A DNA stretch of 64,000 nucleotides, taken from positions 1 through 64,000 of the IMG/VR virus record IMGVR_UViG_2852055501_000007, one strand, 5' to 3'. Below the pieces are notes generated by a model, which saw only the letters and a list, made by a program, of their open reading frames with translations, was not told the origin of the DNA and made no database searches. Position 1 is the first letter of the stretch; each line of letters begins with the position of its first letter. Of this stretch, positions 63,100 to 64,000 are shown one piece after another. The DNA comes from a virus (taxonomy: Duplodnaviria; Caudoviricetes). Position numbers and translations under genes: made by a program.

Positions 63100-63648
63100 T
63101 TACTCCTGATTAGTCAGGTCGATGGAGACGTGATGTTCCGGACTGCCGTCAGGCATCTGAACACTGATATCGATAGCGGTAAGCGGATCCGCGTCAACCG
63201 GGTAAAACTCCTCCGGCCCCTGGTAATATTCGATATCCAGATCCATCAGCAATTGCGCCATATGACCTTCACCGGCGGCACTGATGTTTATCTGAGAGCG
63301 GATATTCAGGAACTGCTGGATTTGCCGGGTCAGCTCATAACGGTTAATTACCGCCCGTTCAATCTGTTCCCGCAGGGCTTCCAGTGCCAGCTCTGCTTTT
63401 ATGGCGCCGTTCCGGTCTTCCTCATCGAACTCTTCCAGACGGCCGGTGACGCGGACCGTGGTTACGGTGTTGAACTGCGGAACATTACGGCCGAGTGAGT
63501 GTTTTTCATCAAACGGGGTCTGCACGATAATGCAGGGGTATTCCGCATTGGTGGTCGGCCAGTCCTGCGGGGAATACACTCGGTCTTCCGCGCTGGTTTT
63601 CCCCTTCAGGGCCGCGACAACGAGCTCACGAACTCTGGCTGCATTCAT
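63100..63648 (-). CDS. Tail completion/terminator-like protein
   Basis: Position before the sheath; 182-aa ORF. Confidence 0.7.
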   Translation of the reverse strand: MNAARVRELVVAALKGKTSAEDRVYSPQDWPTTNAEYPCIIVQTPFDEKHSLGRNVPQFNTVTTVRVTGRLEEFDEEDRNGAIKAELALEALREQIERAVINRYELTRQIQQFLNIRSQINISAAGEGHMAQLLMDLDIEYYQGPEEFYPVDADPLTAIDISVQMPDGSPEHHVSIDLTNQE

Positions 63649-63986
63649 TATTTCACCTTATTCAGGATCAGGTGTGTCCCGCCGTGACTGTCCGGCTGCA
63701 CATCGGATACCACAAACAGAGTGCTGACGCTGTAGACAAATACCCGATCCCCTTTCGCCGGAGGCACAGTAAAAATAACATCGCGCACACCGAGGATCGG
63801 ACGGGTGGTATTGATACCGCTTTCACCGTCCATGCTTTCATAGTCCTGGAAATAGGCCCGGTCAAAAATGCCGTCAATATCGTAAAATCCGGCACCTTTA
63901 GCACTTTTCACCGGTTCCCAGCGTACTTTTTCCGCAAAGACGTTGTGCAGCGGCCCCAGCAGGTGTTTATCCCAGTCAACGCCCAT
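63648..63986 (-). CDS. Head-tail joining protein
   Basis: GIFD, P..GD, V.DVQPDSHG motifs; position. Confidence 0.7.
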   Translation of the reverse strand: MGVDWDKHLLGPLHNVFAEKVRWEPVKSAKGAGFYDIDGIFDRAYFQDYESMDGESGINTTRPILGVRDVIFTVPPAKGDRVFVYSVSTLFVVSDVQPDSHGGTHLILNKVK

Positions 63987-64000
63987 TGATGGTTACAGTG

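Larger units (their letters stand above)
42098..64000. mobile_element. Prophage 2 (partial): Mu/SfV-type contractile-tail phage with invertible fibre cassette and cargo
   Basis: Sheath, tube, baseplate, fibre, invertase, cargo, ending at an icd repeat. Confidence 0.9.

Noticed and set aside
52715-64000. Contractile tail as tailocin or T6SS-like system
   Set aside because: Head-tail joining gene, DNA circularization gene, invertase and att boundary indicate an ordinary prophage continuing beyond the window

Overview
Enterobacterial chromosome segment (style suggests Morganella/Proteeae, an inference) made almost entirely of prophages stacked in tandem at the 3' end of icd. Two icd 3'-end copies (1880-2047 and 41930-42097, minus strand, 40,050 bp apart) bound a near-complete lambdoid prophage 1. 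It has an e14-IntE-like integrase/xis, cI/cro with palindromic operators, replication, Q, morons (csp, lipid A acyltransferase, psiE), lysis genes, an HK97-type head, a lambda-type tail and a Cor-like lipoprotein. To the right lies the tail end of prophage 2: Mu/SfV-type contractile tail, Pin/Gin-type invertible tail-fibre cassette, and cargo (umuDC, rlmF, SAMHD1-like HD protein, GIY-YIG nuclease). To the left is the first cargo operon of a probable third element. The att-proximal slots carry defence-like genes, including a broken RloC-like ATPase-HEPN and an unknown two-gene operon. The most unusual signal is a ~270-nt highly base-paired candidate ncRNA (2241-2512) convergent with a stand-alone HEPN-motif gene. 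A family of short palindromes also marks the cargo boundaries. Many frameshifts are single-base losses in homopolymers and may be sequencing artefacts. No searches or folding programs were run; all calls are from reading the sequence.
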